Position numbers and translations under genes: made by a program
Part shown: piece after piece, positions 17,126-26,705 of the stretch
Layout of the letters: each line of letters starts with the position of its first letter
How positions within the stretch are numbered: the stretch's first letter is position 1
Assembly: GCA_043778275.1 (NCBI GenBank)
Contig: JAYWGL010000009.1
Location: forward strand, 1 to 51,797
DNA from: Minisyncoccota bacterium
Lineage (GTDB): Bacteria; Patescibacteriota; JACMRA01
Direction: 5' to 3'
Length of the DNA stretch: 51,797 nucleotides
The notes under the pieces: generated by a model
Databases searched by the model: none
What the model was told of the DNA's origin: nothing
Seen by the model: only the letters and a program-made list of their open reading frames with translations

Positions 17126-20100
17126 CTAAATGAGCTTCATCAGCTCGCGAGTCTTGCTAAGTACATAGATAATTTTTTGGTAATGGATGATTTCGTTATA
17201 GTCTAGTTCCTTATTCTTACGATCTTTTAGCCACTTTTGGGCTGGCTGGTATCCACCAATGTAGAATTCCCAGACCCCACTTGGCACATTACCGAAGTAT
17301 TGGGAACTATTAATAAATACTTGATTATCCCGATATTCTATCTTGTCCACGATATTATTACCCGCCATAGGATAACTAGTAGTTAAGTGTGTAGGATTAA
17401 CCCCTTCCATAAGGTGTAATTGTCTAAGTGTTTTCCCAATCTGGACCATAGCCCAAAACTTATCCTGCTTAACATTGAAAGAGACTCTTGGAAAGTCAAT
17501 CTTAAGAAATTCTTTATATTTGACTCTGTAACTCGGGCTATGAAGAGCGGCGTATATATAATCGAGTAAGTCCACTGGCGAGAACACTTCGCCCTGAGTC
17601 TCCCGATAAGAATCCTCAATCCCAGCCTCCCAGTCCAAAACCATTCCAAGTTGCCCCTCAATCTGCTTGATCAAGACCTTATCAAAGTTCGGTTTGGGTT
17701 TATGACTCTCTTGAAGAAGATTGTAGTCTGAATCATCAGGGTAGATGTAAAGTGGAAAAGTCGATGTTCGAGCAGATAATGTATTAGCATCGCTTATAAA
17801 TTTAGTAATAAAAATTTGTTGCCAATCAACAGTATTTTCAGCTGTCCTTCTCATTATAAAACCAAAATTTAACTTATTTATATAATTTTTCATTATATCA
17901 TAACTAGGTCTTCTAAGCTTATTTACATCATAAATTAGATACCGAGTATCAAAAGGTTTGTATTGGATTGGAATTTGATTATTCAGTGATTTAATAAAGT
18001 TAACTTTTTGTTTATCATCTCCTGTTTCCAGTCCTGCTGAATATTGGCTAAACAACTCATTTAATTTAATACCTTTTTCATATTCTAGTTGCTCACCAAA
18101 GTCTTTTGGTACAAAAAAATGATATTTATCATCGGGTTTTAATTCTGTGAATTGCAATGTTTTTACAGTGTTATCTCGTAAGGTTTCATACTTGGCTTCC
18201 CTTTTACCAAATATATCAAAGTGAAAGATCTTAGCTAAATCTCCCGTTTTTTTCTTGCCTGTTTTGACGAAGATATTGATTGAGACGCCTTGTTGAATAT
18301 CGAAGACATTTTCATCTTTTGACCCATCTGGTGAGACCTCTTTTTTCTTAGAGTTGCCGTGTAAATCAATTATGTAGATAGAATCGAACTCTTTTAGAAG
18401 CTCTTCGCGCATTTTTCGATGAATTATACCTTCCAGGAATGAATTATTAGAAATATAAGCAAGTATCCCTTCTTGATTTTTACTCACAAAATGATGCCCA
18501 AATCGAATAAACTTGATATAATCATCCGAAAGTGGTTGAATATTTTTCTCATTTAACCCTTTTTTATAATCTTGTATCAAAGCTTCTATCCAATTGCTTT
18601 TATTACTAGAGCTAACAGAATATGGTGGGTTACCGATAATTACCATTACTGGATTATTATTTTTGATTTTGGAGGCTTGGTGGGATTCGTCATTGAGCCA
18701 CTTGCTGAAGATATCTCGCCTGACAGTTTCCCCCTCTTCTAACGAATTAGTGAGATAGACCGATAGCCTGTCCGTATCCTTGAGTCTAACACCAGTGGTT
18801 GCCAGATACATACTTAGCTTGAGATGAGCCATTGAGTAAGATGCCATAAGAAGCTCAAAGCCGTGAACACGAGGCAATAAGTCTTTTTGGGCGTAGCTTT
18901 GCCAGATGCCCGCCATATTAGTGTATTTACTGTGAATTTGCTTAAATACTTCTAAGAGGAAGGTTCCTGTCCCAGTGGCTGGATCTAGGATCTGAACTCG
19001 GTGATAATCTTCGAAATATTTTTTGTGATTGTTGGCTTTGGTTTCTGTGCGGGAGTTTAATTGACTAATGGCTTGATCTTTGGTAATTTCACGCTGGATT
19101 TTGGAGTTATCGGCTAGTCCCATTGGCAGGTTGAAGTCTTTTTGGAGGATTTCATCGACGCTCTTGACGATGAACTTGACAACTGGGTCGGGAGTATAAT
19201 AAACCCCTGTGGATTTACGCGACTTGGGGTCGTACTCACCAAGAAATGTCTCATAAAAATGTAGCACAGGATCGCTCATCGCAGTCGCCTTACCGAAGTC
19301 ATTCATAAGCGACTTAACATCTGAGTGGGCAAAGGCATCCACCAAGTTATCAACCACCCAGGCAAAACGCTCATCTAGATCAATACCCGCAATATTATCA
19401 AAGAGCTTTCGCAGAAATGGATTGGATTTTGGTAAATTATTTGCCGCCTCAGCTCGCGAAAAAGTCTCCAGCGAAGTATCATAAAATCTCGCCGTAAAGA
19501 GTCCGTAAGTAATCGTCTGCGAGTAAATATCAGCAAACTTGTTAATACTCAAGTCGTGAATAAGCAAATCCTTGAAGGCTTCATACTCACTAAAGATTAC
19601 CGAATTTTGGCTCTTATCTTGATCGAGTTCTAATATTCTGACAATTATATCTCGCATTGTCTTGGCTTTGCCTGCCATTACTACAGCTAATTGCTTAGAA
19701 CTCTTGATACTCAAGCTTTTTCGGGCGACGAACTCGCGTAGATGAGACTCTAGCAAGGGGAGGTTTTCTGGGATGATTACAATTTTACCATTGGCAAGGT
19801 TAGCGATTTTGACTTCGCCTAGAAGGGTTATTCCGTCATAGAATCTCCAGTCTAGGTTGTTAGTGAAGCAGAGATTCCCGAGGGCTTGATAACGAGATAA
19901 TTGGTCGTGAAATTTTTTGTCATTGAGATTTTCTGGTATATCCTTAGCCTCTAAGAATCCTATTTGAACACTACCTCGAAAAAGGATAAAGTCAGGGGCT
20001 CCGACTTTTTGGCGTTTTGGTTCATTGAGTACACTTAACTTTGGGTCAAGACTTGAGAGTAGAATTTCCAAAGATTTGCGGTAGCTATGTTCTGTAGCCT

Positions 20101-20242
20101 GCCCTGTTTCAAGGACGCTTTGGCACGATGTCAAAAATAGTCTGATTTGAGTTTCTATTGTATTCATAAAAATTAGGGCAATTCCAGAAGGATGGTATAA
20201 CCTTAATATCTTTATAGTCTGATTGTCAACAAACCGACTCAA
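17126..20242 (-). CDS. single-polypeptide Type IIG-like restriction-modification enzyme (PD-ExK nuclease + N6-adenine methyltransferase + specificity domain)
   Basis: GAPDFILF...GFLEAKD is a PD-(D/E)xK-like motif near the N-terminus. SAM motif I is ILDPATGTGTFLLE and motif IV is GNPPYS. The C-terminal block is WEFYIGGYQPAQKWLKDRK. The more plausible start is MNTIETQ at 20167. Confidence 0.65.
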   Translation of the reverse strand: MSRFVDNQTIKILRLYHPSGIALIFMNTIETQIRLFLTSCQSVLETGQATEHSYRKSLEILLSSLDPKLSVLNEPKRQKVGAPDFILFRGSVQIGFLEAKDIPENLNDKKFHDQLSRYQALGNLCFTNNLDWRFYDGITLLGEVKIANLANGKIVIIPENLPLLESHLREFVARKSLSIKSSKQLAVVMAGKAKTMRDIIVRILELDQDKSQNSVIFSEYEAFKDLLIHDLSINKFADIYSQTITYGLFTARFYDTSLETFSRAEAANNLPKSNPFLRKLFDNIAGIDLDERFAWVVDNLVDAFAHSDVKSLMNDFGKATAMSDPVLHFYETFLGEYDPKSRKSTGVYYTPDPVVKFIVKSVDEILQKDFNLPMGLADNSKIQREITKDQAISQLNSRTETKANNHKKYFEDYHRVQILDPATGTGTFLLEVFKQIHSKYTNMAGIWQSYAQKDLLPRVHGFELLMASYSMAHLKLSMYLATTGVRLKDTDRLSVYLTNSLEEGETVRRDIFSKWLNDESHQASKIKNNNPVMVIIGNPPYSVSSSNKSNWIEALIQDYKKGLNEKNIQPLSDDYIKFIRFGHHFVSKNQEGILAYISNNSFLEGIIHRKMREELLKEFDSIYIIDLHGNSKKKEVSPDGSKDENVFDIQQGVSINIFVKTGKKKTGDLAKIFHFDIFGKREAKYETLRDNTVKTLQFTELKPDDKYHFFVPKDFGEQLEYEKGIKLNELFSQYSAGLETGDDKQKVNFIKSLNNQIPIQYKPFDTRYLIYDVNKLRRPSYDIMKNYINKLNFGFIMRRTAENTVDWQQIFITKFISDANTLSARTSTFPLYIYPDDSDYNLLQESHKPKPNFDKVLIKQIEGQLGMVLDWEAGIEDSYRETQGEVFSPVDLLDYIYAALHSPSYRVKYKEFLKIDFPRVSFNVKQDKFWAMVQIGKTLRQLHLMEGVNPTHLTTSYPMAGNNIVDKIEYRDNQVFINSSQYFGNVPSGVWEFYIGGYQPAQKWLKDRKNKELDYNEIIHYQKIIYVLSKTRELMKLI

Positions 20243-20334
20243 ACTGACCTTGACATAAAACCTAAGTTAGACCTAAGAGTAGCTAAAAAACTGTGTTCGC
20301 CTTTGTTGTTAAGTTCGCACTAACCCAATAGTTT

Positions 20335-20766
20335 ATGCTCAAAATACTTATTATAATCAACTGTGTAATCGCTCTAATCTGCATCGTCTTTTACAGTTTT
20401 ACAAATCATTTTTTGTGGCTTTTTGGGAGCTTCAAATTGCCTTACAAAAATTTTACCTATCAATTGATCGATCACAGGCTTTCATATTACGCCGTATATT
20501 TACTTTTCCCCAATGCTTTTGTACTTAGTTTGTATCTTTATTTCCAGAAAACCCAATTCCAAAAAGCCAGACTTCCCCTAATGTTGACTTTGACCGCCTT
20601 AGTCTTTATGTATGTCATGCCTATGGTATTTTTTGGTCTGATTAATTATGCCTTTGGTAGATTTCCAATGATTGGGCTATTACTTTACTTTCTTGGGTCT
20701 TTTATTCTACAGTGTTCGATATTTATTAGTGTGATTTTAGCTGTGAAAGCTCCAAAAATTATTTGA
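20335..20766 (+). CDS. polytopic membrane protein, unknown function
   Basis: 143-aa ORF with about four hydrophobic helices. Confidence 0.45.
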   Translation: MLKILIIINCVIALICIVFYSFTNHFLWLFGSFKLPYKNFTYQLIDHRLSYYAVYLLFPNAFVLSLYLYFQKTQFQKARLPLMLTLTALVFMYVMPMVFFGLINYAFGRFPMIGLLLYFLGSFILQCSIFISVILAVKAPKII

Positions 20767-20791
20767 CATTCTAATCAAGTTAAACTAAAAT
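20763..20791 (+). promoter_or_regulatory. sigma70-like promoter TTGACA-N17-TAAAAT, 8 nt from ATG (leaderless geometry)
   Basis: TTGACA at 20763-20768, TAAAAT at 20786-20791, ATG at 20800. Confidence 0.55.
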
Positions 20792-20799
20792 GTAGGCAT

Positions 20800-22254
20800 A
20801 TGTTAGAAAATCTCCAATTAAGTTTCCAAGAGCATCGTAATCGCTGGCTGATTGGAATCATTTGCGGTGTCTTAATTCTGGGTCTGATTATACTCTCTAT
20901 CCTGAATCAACCTAAGCCCAAACCCGCAGCAATAGCTAATCCAGAAGTGGAATTAATTTGGTGGAAGACCGATATTGACTCTCAGGTTTATCAAGATACT
21001 ATTCAAGCCTTCAAAGCCATTCCTGGTAATGCCAATGTCAATATCAATATCCTGACCAAAGAAGGTAATAACAAGTATTACAAAGATCTCATTGAGGATC
21101 TTGCCCAAAATATTGGCCCGGATATTTTTAGTCTATCTAATGATGATTTACCAGCTTACCAAAAATTCCTCTCACCAATCGAGATCTTCAAAGGTAAGGC
21201 TCTGACAGATTATAAGCAAAACTTCGCTAATCTAGCGGTGCGTGAGACAATTAATAAGGATAAAGTCTATGGAATTACTAGTTATATTGATAATCTACAG
21301 CTCTATTACAATAAGACTATTCTTGCCCAGAATCAACAGGCTTCTCCGCCAACTCGATGGGAAGAGATCTCCAAACAAGTAGATTACTTCAATAAAAAAG
21401 TCCTCGGTACCGATAAATTTATTCAATCCACTATCGCTATGGGCACTGGCGGACGATCGACTCTTGGCACTTCTACAAGTAATATTCCACTACATACTGA
21501 TATACTACCTCTCTTAATGTTCCAATTTGGCGGGCAGATGTATGATTACCAGACCGAGACCAACGCAATGCTAGAAGAGACTGGTGCGACACGAGCTCCA
21601 AATACTACAGGAAGCGAAGTATCTCAGAGTAGCCCTATCTACAGGGCGATGCGTTTTTATGCTGATTTTTCAGATAGTACTACCTCTCGTTATAGCTGGA
21701 ATAATAACAATATTGCCGCTGATGATATGTTTATCCAAGGGAACCTAGCTTACACTCTTCAATATTCATCGTTTGCTGATAAGATAAAAACCAAAAATCC
21801 GCGACTTGATTTTAATGTAACTGCCATTCCCCAATTCGATGAAAAAGCCAAGCGGACTTTTGGGCAATTCCAGATGGATTCCCTTAACCGAAAGCTTGTA
21901 AACGACTCAACTACCTCACCAGCTGGCAAAACCAAATATCAAAAAGCCCAAGAATTTATGTATTATCTATCTACGGCGGAGGCTCAAAAAAGCTTTGCGA
22001 CCAAAACAGGACTACCTGGAGCGCATAATGATGTCATAAAAAACCAGCTGGATGGGGATCAAAAATCCCGTATCTTTGCTGCTGGATCTCTCTATTCCGA
22101 AAACTATTATAAGCCAGATGTAGTCAAAGTTAACCAAATGTGGTCAAAGTTATTTGATCGAGTTCAATACGAGAATGTAGGATTAACTGACAGTATTCAA
22201 AAAGCCTCCGAAGAATACGAATTGATAATCAACGACACTCCAAAAGTCCGATAA
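20800..22254 (+). CDS. extracellular solute-binding protein (ABC family-1 SBP-like), membrane-anchored, orphan
   Basis: N-terminal TM anchor. The WWKTD...YQDTIQAFKA..GNANVNINI and GPDIFSLSNDDLPAYQKF patterns are typical of sugar-type SBPs. No permease or ATPase gene is adjacent. Confidence 0.6.
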   Translation: MLENLQLSFQEHRNRWLIGIICGVLILGLIILSILNQPKPKPAAIANPEVELIWWKTDIDSQVYQDTIQAFKAIPGNANVNINILTKEGNNKYYKDLIEDLAQNIGPDIFSLSNDDLPAYQKFLSPIEIFKGKALTDYKQNFANLAVRETINKDKVYGITSYIDNLQLYYNKTILAQNQQASPPTRWEEISKQVDYFNKKVLGTDKFIQSTIAMGTGGRSTLGTSTSNIPLHTDILPLLMFQFGGQMYDYQTETNAMLEETGATRAPNTTGSEVSQSSPIYRAMRFYADFSDSTTSRYSWNNNNIAADDMFIQGNLAYTLQYSSFADKIKTKNPRLDFNVTAIPQFDEKAKRTFGQFQMDSLNRKLVNDSTTSPAGKTKYQKAQEFMYYLSTAEAQKSFATKTGLPGAHNDVIKNQLDGDQKSRIFAAGSLYSENYYKPDVVKVNQMWSKLFDRVQYENVGLTDSIQKASEEYELIINDTPKVR

Positions 22255-22270
22255 AAAAAGCCCAAGAAAC

Positions 22271-24844
22271 CTATTTTACAGGTTTAGAAACTAGGGAGAT
22301 ATCAATAGCAGTTGGTTTGAACTCTTTAGCTGGGCGTAGCTTTTTTTCTTTGACGGCGATTTGGTTGCTCTTATCAATATAGATTTCCATATTGAGATTG
22401 GATTGATTTTCTAGAAGGTATTCAGCTATCGGATTATGAATGACATTAGCTACTATAGACTTGACCTCGCGAGCACCATATTCTAGCTTGGTATTGGCTT
22501 GCTTAGCTATAAACTCCACAATGTCATCTTTAAATGTGATTGTGCGACCATTTTTGAGAAGGTGATTTTGGAGGATAGAGAGTTCTTTGTGGATAATCTG
22601 AGTTAGAACACTGATACTAATTGGTTTAAATACGATCTTAGATGTAATTCGACCAAGAATCTCTGGCTTAATAGCTTTTTCCACTTCGTCCATTACATTT
22701 TTCTTTAAGGTTAAATAGTCTATTTCTTCTTGATTGGTCAGACTACTAAAGCCAATTTTAGAAGCAAATTTATTTAATTGGTTACGACCGAGATTCGAAG
22801 TCATAAAAATCATCGCGTGGCGACAAGAAATTATATTACCTTTAGAATCAGTAATCTGACCTTCTTCAAGCATCTGTAAGAGAATATTGAGAATATCTTT
22901 TGAACCTTTTTCAATCTCATCAAAGAGGATTACCGAATAGGGATTTTCTCTTAAGAATTCTGTTAGTCTAGGCTTATCCTCGTAGCCAACGTAACCCGCT
23001 GGAGCACCTATCAAGGATGAAATAGTATGTTTTTCACTAAATTCACTCATATCTAGCTTGAGTAAATACTTGTCTAAGTTACCATATAGCTCCTTAGTGA
23101 TAATCTTTACTAATTCTGTTTTACCAACCCCTGTTGGCCCGAGTAACAAGAAAGAGGCAATCGGCCCTTTGTTAGGATTGACTCCTGTATAAGCTCGCTT
23201 AAGAGCTTGGGTAACGAGACTATTAGCCTCTGCCTGACCGTAGATTTGATTATTTAACGTATTCTCTAGGTACTTAACTTGGGTAAAGATATTAGAAGAA
23301 ATCCTGACAACTGGGACATTGCTAATCATTGAAACTGTGTGCTCTAATAATTCTAGGCTAACAATTGGCTTAGGTTTAGAATCTTTTGTACTTTGGTTAA
23401 GTACTGAGAGTTGATTTTCTAGAGATTTTTGCTCATCTTCGAACTTTCTGGATAACTCAAAATTTTGCTCTAGGATTGCTTGGTTTTTTTGTTTGATTAA
23501 TTCTAAGATTTCTCGCTCTATTGAGACCCAAGTCTTTTCTTTTTCCTTGTCATCAGTTTCTGTTCTGCTCTGTGCTATTCGGCAGCGAACTAGGCACTCA
23601 TCTAATATATCAATAGCCTTATCAGGGAAAAATCTCTCTGGAACAAATCGAGCAGCCAAATCTACAAGCTTTGGGATTAATTCATCAGGGAATAATACTC
23701 CATGATAGTTTTCGTAGCCAGGCTTAATTCCTCTCAGGATACTAATAACCTGAAATTGATCTGGCTCATCTAACTTAACTGGTTGGAATCTACGCTCGAA
23801 GGCTTTGTCTTTTTTGATTAATGTTCTGTACTCTTCCATTGTGGTCGCACCAATTACACTAACTTCACCTCGAGCAAGATATGGTTTTAGGATATCTGGT
23901 AAAGTAGGGCCACCAGATGAACCAGCTCCAGCTCCAACTGCACTATGTAATTCATCAATAAATAAGATGACATTTTTTGCCTCGACTACTTCTTCAATAA
24001 TGGTTTTTATCCGAGATTCAAACTCCCCTCGAAACATTGTCCCAGCTAGAAGTGAGCTCACATCAAGAGACAAGAGCTGCTTATCTTGCAACCACACTGG
24101 AACTTGCTTATCTAATATTCTCTTAGCTAGCCCTTCGATAGCTGCTGTCTTACCAACTCCAGGTTCCCCAAGTAAGATTGGGTTATTTTTGGTTTTTCGT
24201 GATAAGATTTGAATAATACGCTCGATTTCTTTTTCGCGTTCGACTAACTCGAAGCCGTTGTCTTGCTTAATTTTTTTGTTAAGATTGATTGTAAAGAAGT
24301 CGAGGTAGCTCTGAGACTGGATTTTGGTTGGGCGAAGTTTTGGATTTTTTTCACCGACTTTGACACCTTTTTTGTAATTCTCAAAGACTGATAAGAGAAT
24401 ATCTTTTATCCGCCCGCTGTTCTCTTCGTTGAGATTCATTAGCTTTTGACCGTGGGAATTAGAGGTATCTAATATACCAAAAATTAAATGCTCAAGCCCA
24501 ATATAACTAAAATTATAAGTCTCCGCAATTCGAATGGCCTTGTCCAGACAACTTTGCAATTCTTCTGTTATCTTAGGGAAGAACACAGTACCAGCTGTAG
24601 GATCTTCATCTTTTTCTTTGCTCTGTTCTTTCATCGTCTCTATACCAACACGACGGATAACTTCTAATAATTCAGCGTTACTTAACCCATCGATAAAAGC
24701 CATCTGAAAAGGAAGGTCATTTTGCGGCTGGGACAATATTCCATAGATAAGATGATCCGACCCAATATAATTATGATTGAGATCTTGGGCAACTTGTTGA
24801 GCTATATCAAGAGCATTTTTGGCTCGGGTATCAAATTTTAACAT
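22271..24844 (-). CDS. clpC: Clp/Hsp100 AAA+ chaperone, ClpC-type
   Basis: Two Clp_N repeats. NBD1 has GEPGVGKTA / FIDELH and NBD2 has GPTGVGKTE / ILFDEIEKG. A KIGF loop in NBD2 is of the ClpP-docking type and is absent from ClpB. Confidence 0.85.
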   Translation of the reverse strand: MLKFDTRAKNALDIAQQVAQDLNHNYIGSDHLIYGILSQPQNDLPFQMAFIDGLSNAELLEVIRRVGIETMKEQSKEKDEDPTAGTVFFPKITEELQSCLDKAIRIAETYNFSYIGLEHLIFGILDTSNSHGQKLMNLNEENSGRIKDILLSVFENYKKGVKVGEKNPKLRPTKIQSQSYLDFFTINLNKKIKQDNGFELVEREKEIERIIQILSRKTKNNPILLGEPGVGKTAAIEGLAKRILDKQVPVWLQDKQLLSLDVSSLLAGTMFRGEFESRIKTIIEEVVEAKNVILFIDELHSAVGAGAGSSGGPTLPDILKPYLARGEVSVIGATTMEEYRTLIKKDKAFERRFQPVKLDEPDQFQVISILRGIKPGYENYHGVLFPDELIPKLVDLAARFVPERFFPDKAIDILDECLVRCRIAQSRTETDDKEKEKTWVSIEREILELIKQKNQAILEQNFELSRKFEDEQKSLENQLSVLNQSTKDSKPKPIVSLELLEHTVSMISNVPVVRISSNIFTQVKYLENTLNNQIYGQAEANSLVTQALKRAYTGVNPNKGPIASFLLLGPTGVGKTELVKIITKELYGNLDKYLLKLDMSEFSEKHTISSLIGAPAGYVGYEDKPRLTEFLRENPYSVILFDEIEKGSKDILNILLQMLEEGQITDSKGNIISCRHAMIFMTSNLGRNQLNKFASKIGFSSLTNQEEIDYLTLKKNVMDEVEKAIKPEILGRITSKIVFKPISISVLTQIIHKELSILQNHLLKNGRTITFKDDIVEFIAKQANTKLEYGAREVKSIVANVIHNPIAEYLLENQSNLNMEIYIDKSNQIAVKEKKLRPAKEFKPTAIDISLVSKPVK

Positions 24845-24852
24845 AGGATTTT

Positions 24853-24881
24853 ATTATAGACAAAATTTTCAAAATTAGCAA
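24853..24881 (-). promoter_or_regulatory. sigma70-like promoter TTGCTA-N17-TATAAT, 8 nt from clpC ATG (leaderless geometry)
   Basis: The minus strand reads TTGCTA attttgaaaattttgtc TATAAT aaaatcct ATG. Confidence 0.55.
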
Positions 24882-24918
24882 GCTCTTTTTTTGGTTGCCA
24901 GAAGTGTAGAGCCTAACA

Positions 24919-26265
24919 CTACTTCTTACGACGAGCTGTACTCTGCCCTTGGGCTTTACCCCCGTTGAGATACTGGGTAATCTGCTTATCAACTACTTGC
25001 CTACTGCGACTATATTGACTCCGAGATAGCTTAATGAAATAATCTCGCTTGCCACCAAAATTATCAAAAAGCGGTGCGATTGTGCGAGCAAAAAATGGTT
25101 GGCTGGTGCGTCCAAAAATTGACAATTTAGTCACAATCTCAGCCTTATCAAGATTGACAAGGTCTTGCTTACTAATAATTGGGTCAAATTCCAAGGCAAG
25201 TTCGCGAGCATCGGGCGAACCCAATTGAAATATCGCCATAGATCCCACATTCCCAAAAATTGCATTCTTAACATTCTCATTCCCGCTCTCGACTAACTGA
25301 TGTAAATATTGATGAGCTAGTGTTAGATTTAGCCCGTATTTACGAGCTTCTGAGAGAATGGAAGCGAAGGAATCCGTCGTAAAGTTTTGAAATTCATCAA
25401 CATACAGACAAAAATTAGATCTCTGAGATGCCTTAATATCTGCACGCCCGAGGGCTGCAAGTTGGATTTTATTAACTATAAGAGAGCCTAGCAGGTTAGA
25501 ATTATCTTCACCGAGGCGACCCTTGGATAGATTGACCAGGAGGATTTTTTTGTTATCGATGACATCCCGAAAGCTAAAAGAACTTGTCTCTTGCCCCAAG
25601 ATGTTGCGAATGACTTCGGAGCTAAAGAACTGTCCAATCTTATTCAGAATCGGAGCGACTGCCTCTTGGCGATACTTATCATGGAAGCCAGCATATTCCT
25701 TAACCCAGAAGTTACGCACGAGAGGGTTCTTGGTTCGGGCTACGACTTCGTTAGTATAATTATCATCGCTTAACATCTTAATCACACTAAGCAGGGTACT
25801 TCCTGGTTGCTCCAGTAGTGCAAGTAAGGTATTATTAAGAATATATTCCATCCGACTAGACCACATACCCGACCATATCCGCTTAAAAATCGACATTAAT
25901 CCCGAGACCACCAAAAAGTTCTGCTCATCCCGCTCTAGTTCCAACACATTCAGCCCAAACGGATAATCAATATCAGCAGGGTTAAAATAAATCACGTCCT
26001 GTTGGCGATTCTTAGGTAATTTATCTAATATATACTCAACTGAATCCCCGTGCGGATCAACAAAACAGACCCCTTTGCCATTATAGATATCTTGCAGGCA
26101 CATATTCTGCATCATTGTGCTTTTACCCATCCCAGTCTTGCCAAGTAGGTAGAAATGGCGATTACGGTCAATATCTAATATCCCAAAAGACTTTTCGACT
26201 TCTCCATCGGCGATCTTACCGAAGTAATTAATTTTGTTTTTGTCCTCTTGGGTAATAGTCATCAA
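24919..26265 (-). CDS. FtsK/HerA-superfamily P-loop ATPase, TraD/VirD4 coupling-protein-like, no TM anchor
   Basis: Walker A GKTGMGKST, Walker B CLYVDEFQNF, then LTLAHQYLHQL. 448 aa with no N-terminal hydrophobic helices. Confidence 0.55.
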   Translation of the reverse strand: MMTITQEDKNKINYFGKIADGEVEKSFGILDIDRNRHFYLLGKTGMGKSTMMQNMCLQDIYNGKGVCFVDPHGDSVEYILDKLPKNRQQDVIYFNPADIDYPFGLNVLELERDEQNFLVVSGLMSIFKRIWSGMWSSRMEYILNNTLLALLEQPGSTLLSVIKMLSDDNYTNEVVARTKNPLVRNFWVKEYAGFHDKYRQEAVAPILNKIGQFFSSEVIRNILGQETSSFSFRDVIDNKKILLVNLSKGRLGEDNSNLLGSLIVNKIQLAALGRADIKASQRSNFCLYVDEFQNFTTDSFASILSEARKYGLNLTLAHQYLHQLVESGNENVKNAIFGNVGSMAIFQLGSPDARELALEFDPIISKQDLVNLDKAEIVTKLSIFGRTSQPFFARTIAPLFDNFGGKRDYFIKLSRSQYSRSRQVVDKQITQYLNGGKAQGQSTARRKK

Positions 26266-26270
26266 AAAAT

Positions 26271-26292
26271 TTCGTTAGTTTTTCGTTAGTTT
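26271..26292. repeat. 2 x 11-bp tandem repeat (TTCGTTAGTTT) in the 5' region of the ATPase gene
   Basis: Copies at 26271-26281 and 26282-26292, 6 nt upstream of the minus-strand ATG at 26265. Confidence 0.7.
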
Positions 26293-26354
26293 AGATTTAT
26301 CAAAGAATAGCCTGACCAAAACTCTACTCCTTGTCAAAGAGCTAGTTATCAATT

Positions 26355-26594
26355 CTAACTTGCAGAATTTGCCATTTGGGGCTGTCGCTCTCTAAGAGTT
26401 TTAAGCTTATTTTGGTGGTGAGGAGGTATTTGATATGGTATAATAGCATTATGAGTCTGATCTTTTAGTCTCTGACTAAGTAACACTTTTAACTGATCCA
26501 TTGATATGGCGTTTGGGATAACTTTTAATACTTTTTGATCCTGTATTTTAAATCTTTTTATCTGATTTGTTGGAGAATGGCTTAGCTTTTCCAT
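26355..26594 (-). CDS. hypothetical small protein
   Basis: 79-aa ORF on the same strand as the ATPase gene and upstream of it. No motif recognised. Confidence 0.3.
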   Translation of the reverse strand: MEKLSHSPTNQIKRFKIQDQKVLKVIPNAISMDQLKVLLSQRLKDQTHNAIIPYQIPPHHQNKLKTLRERQPQMANSAS

Positions 26595-26668
26595 ATAGCA
26601 TTTTTGTTTAGGTTTTTTAAGTTGTTTTTACCTCTTAATTAGAATTATTATATCCCAAGAATCACCTT

Positions 26669-26697
26669 TTGACAAATCTTAGTTGATGGAATTTACT
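26669..26697 (+). promoter_or_regulatory. sigma70-like promoter TTGACA-N17-TTTACT, 8 nt from gltX ATG (leaderless geometry)
   Basis: TTGACA at 26669-26674, TTTACT at 26692-26697, ATG at 26706. Confidence 0.5.
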
Positions 26698-26705
26698 TTC
26701 TTCAT

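Noticed and set aside
17033-17137. 34-aa ORF (MKEPVANLTVKMESRMINGRKLYFIQEFIELFSQG) between dnaA and the RM gene, considered as a possible toxin/antitoxin or gene remnant.
   Set aside because: It is too short, has no recognisable motif or partner gene, and overlaps the RM gene's 3' end.
24859-24875. CtsR-like heptad direct repeat (AGACAAA..TTTCAAA) in the clpC promoter spacer.
   Set aside because: Only 5-6 of 7 positions match the Firmicute consensus (A/G)GTCAAA, and the spacing is 2 nt rather than 3. It is AT-rich sequence that could match by chance, and no ctsR gene is visible.
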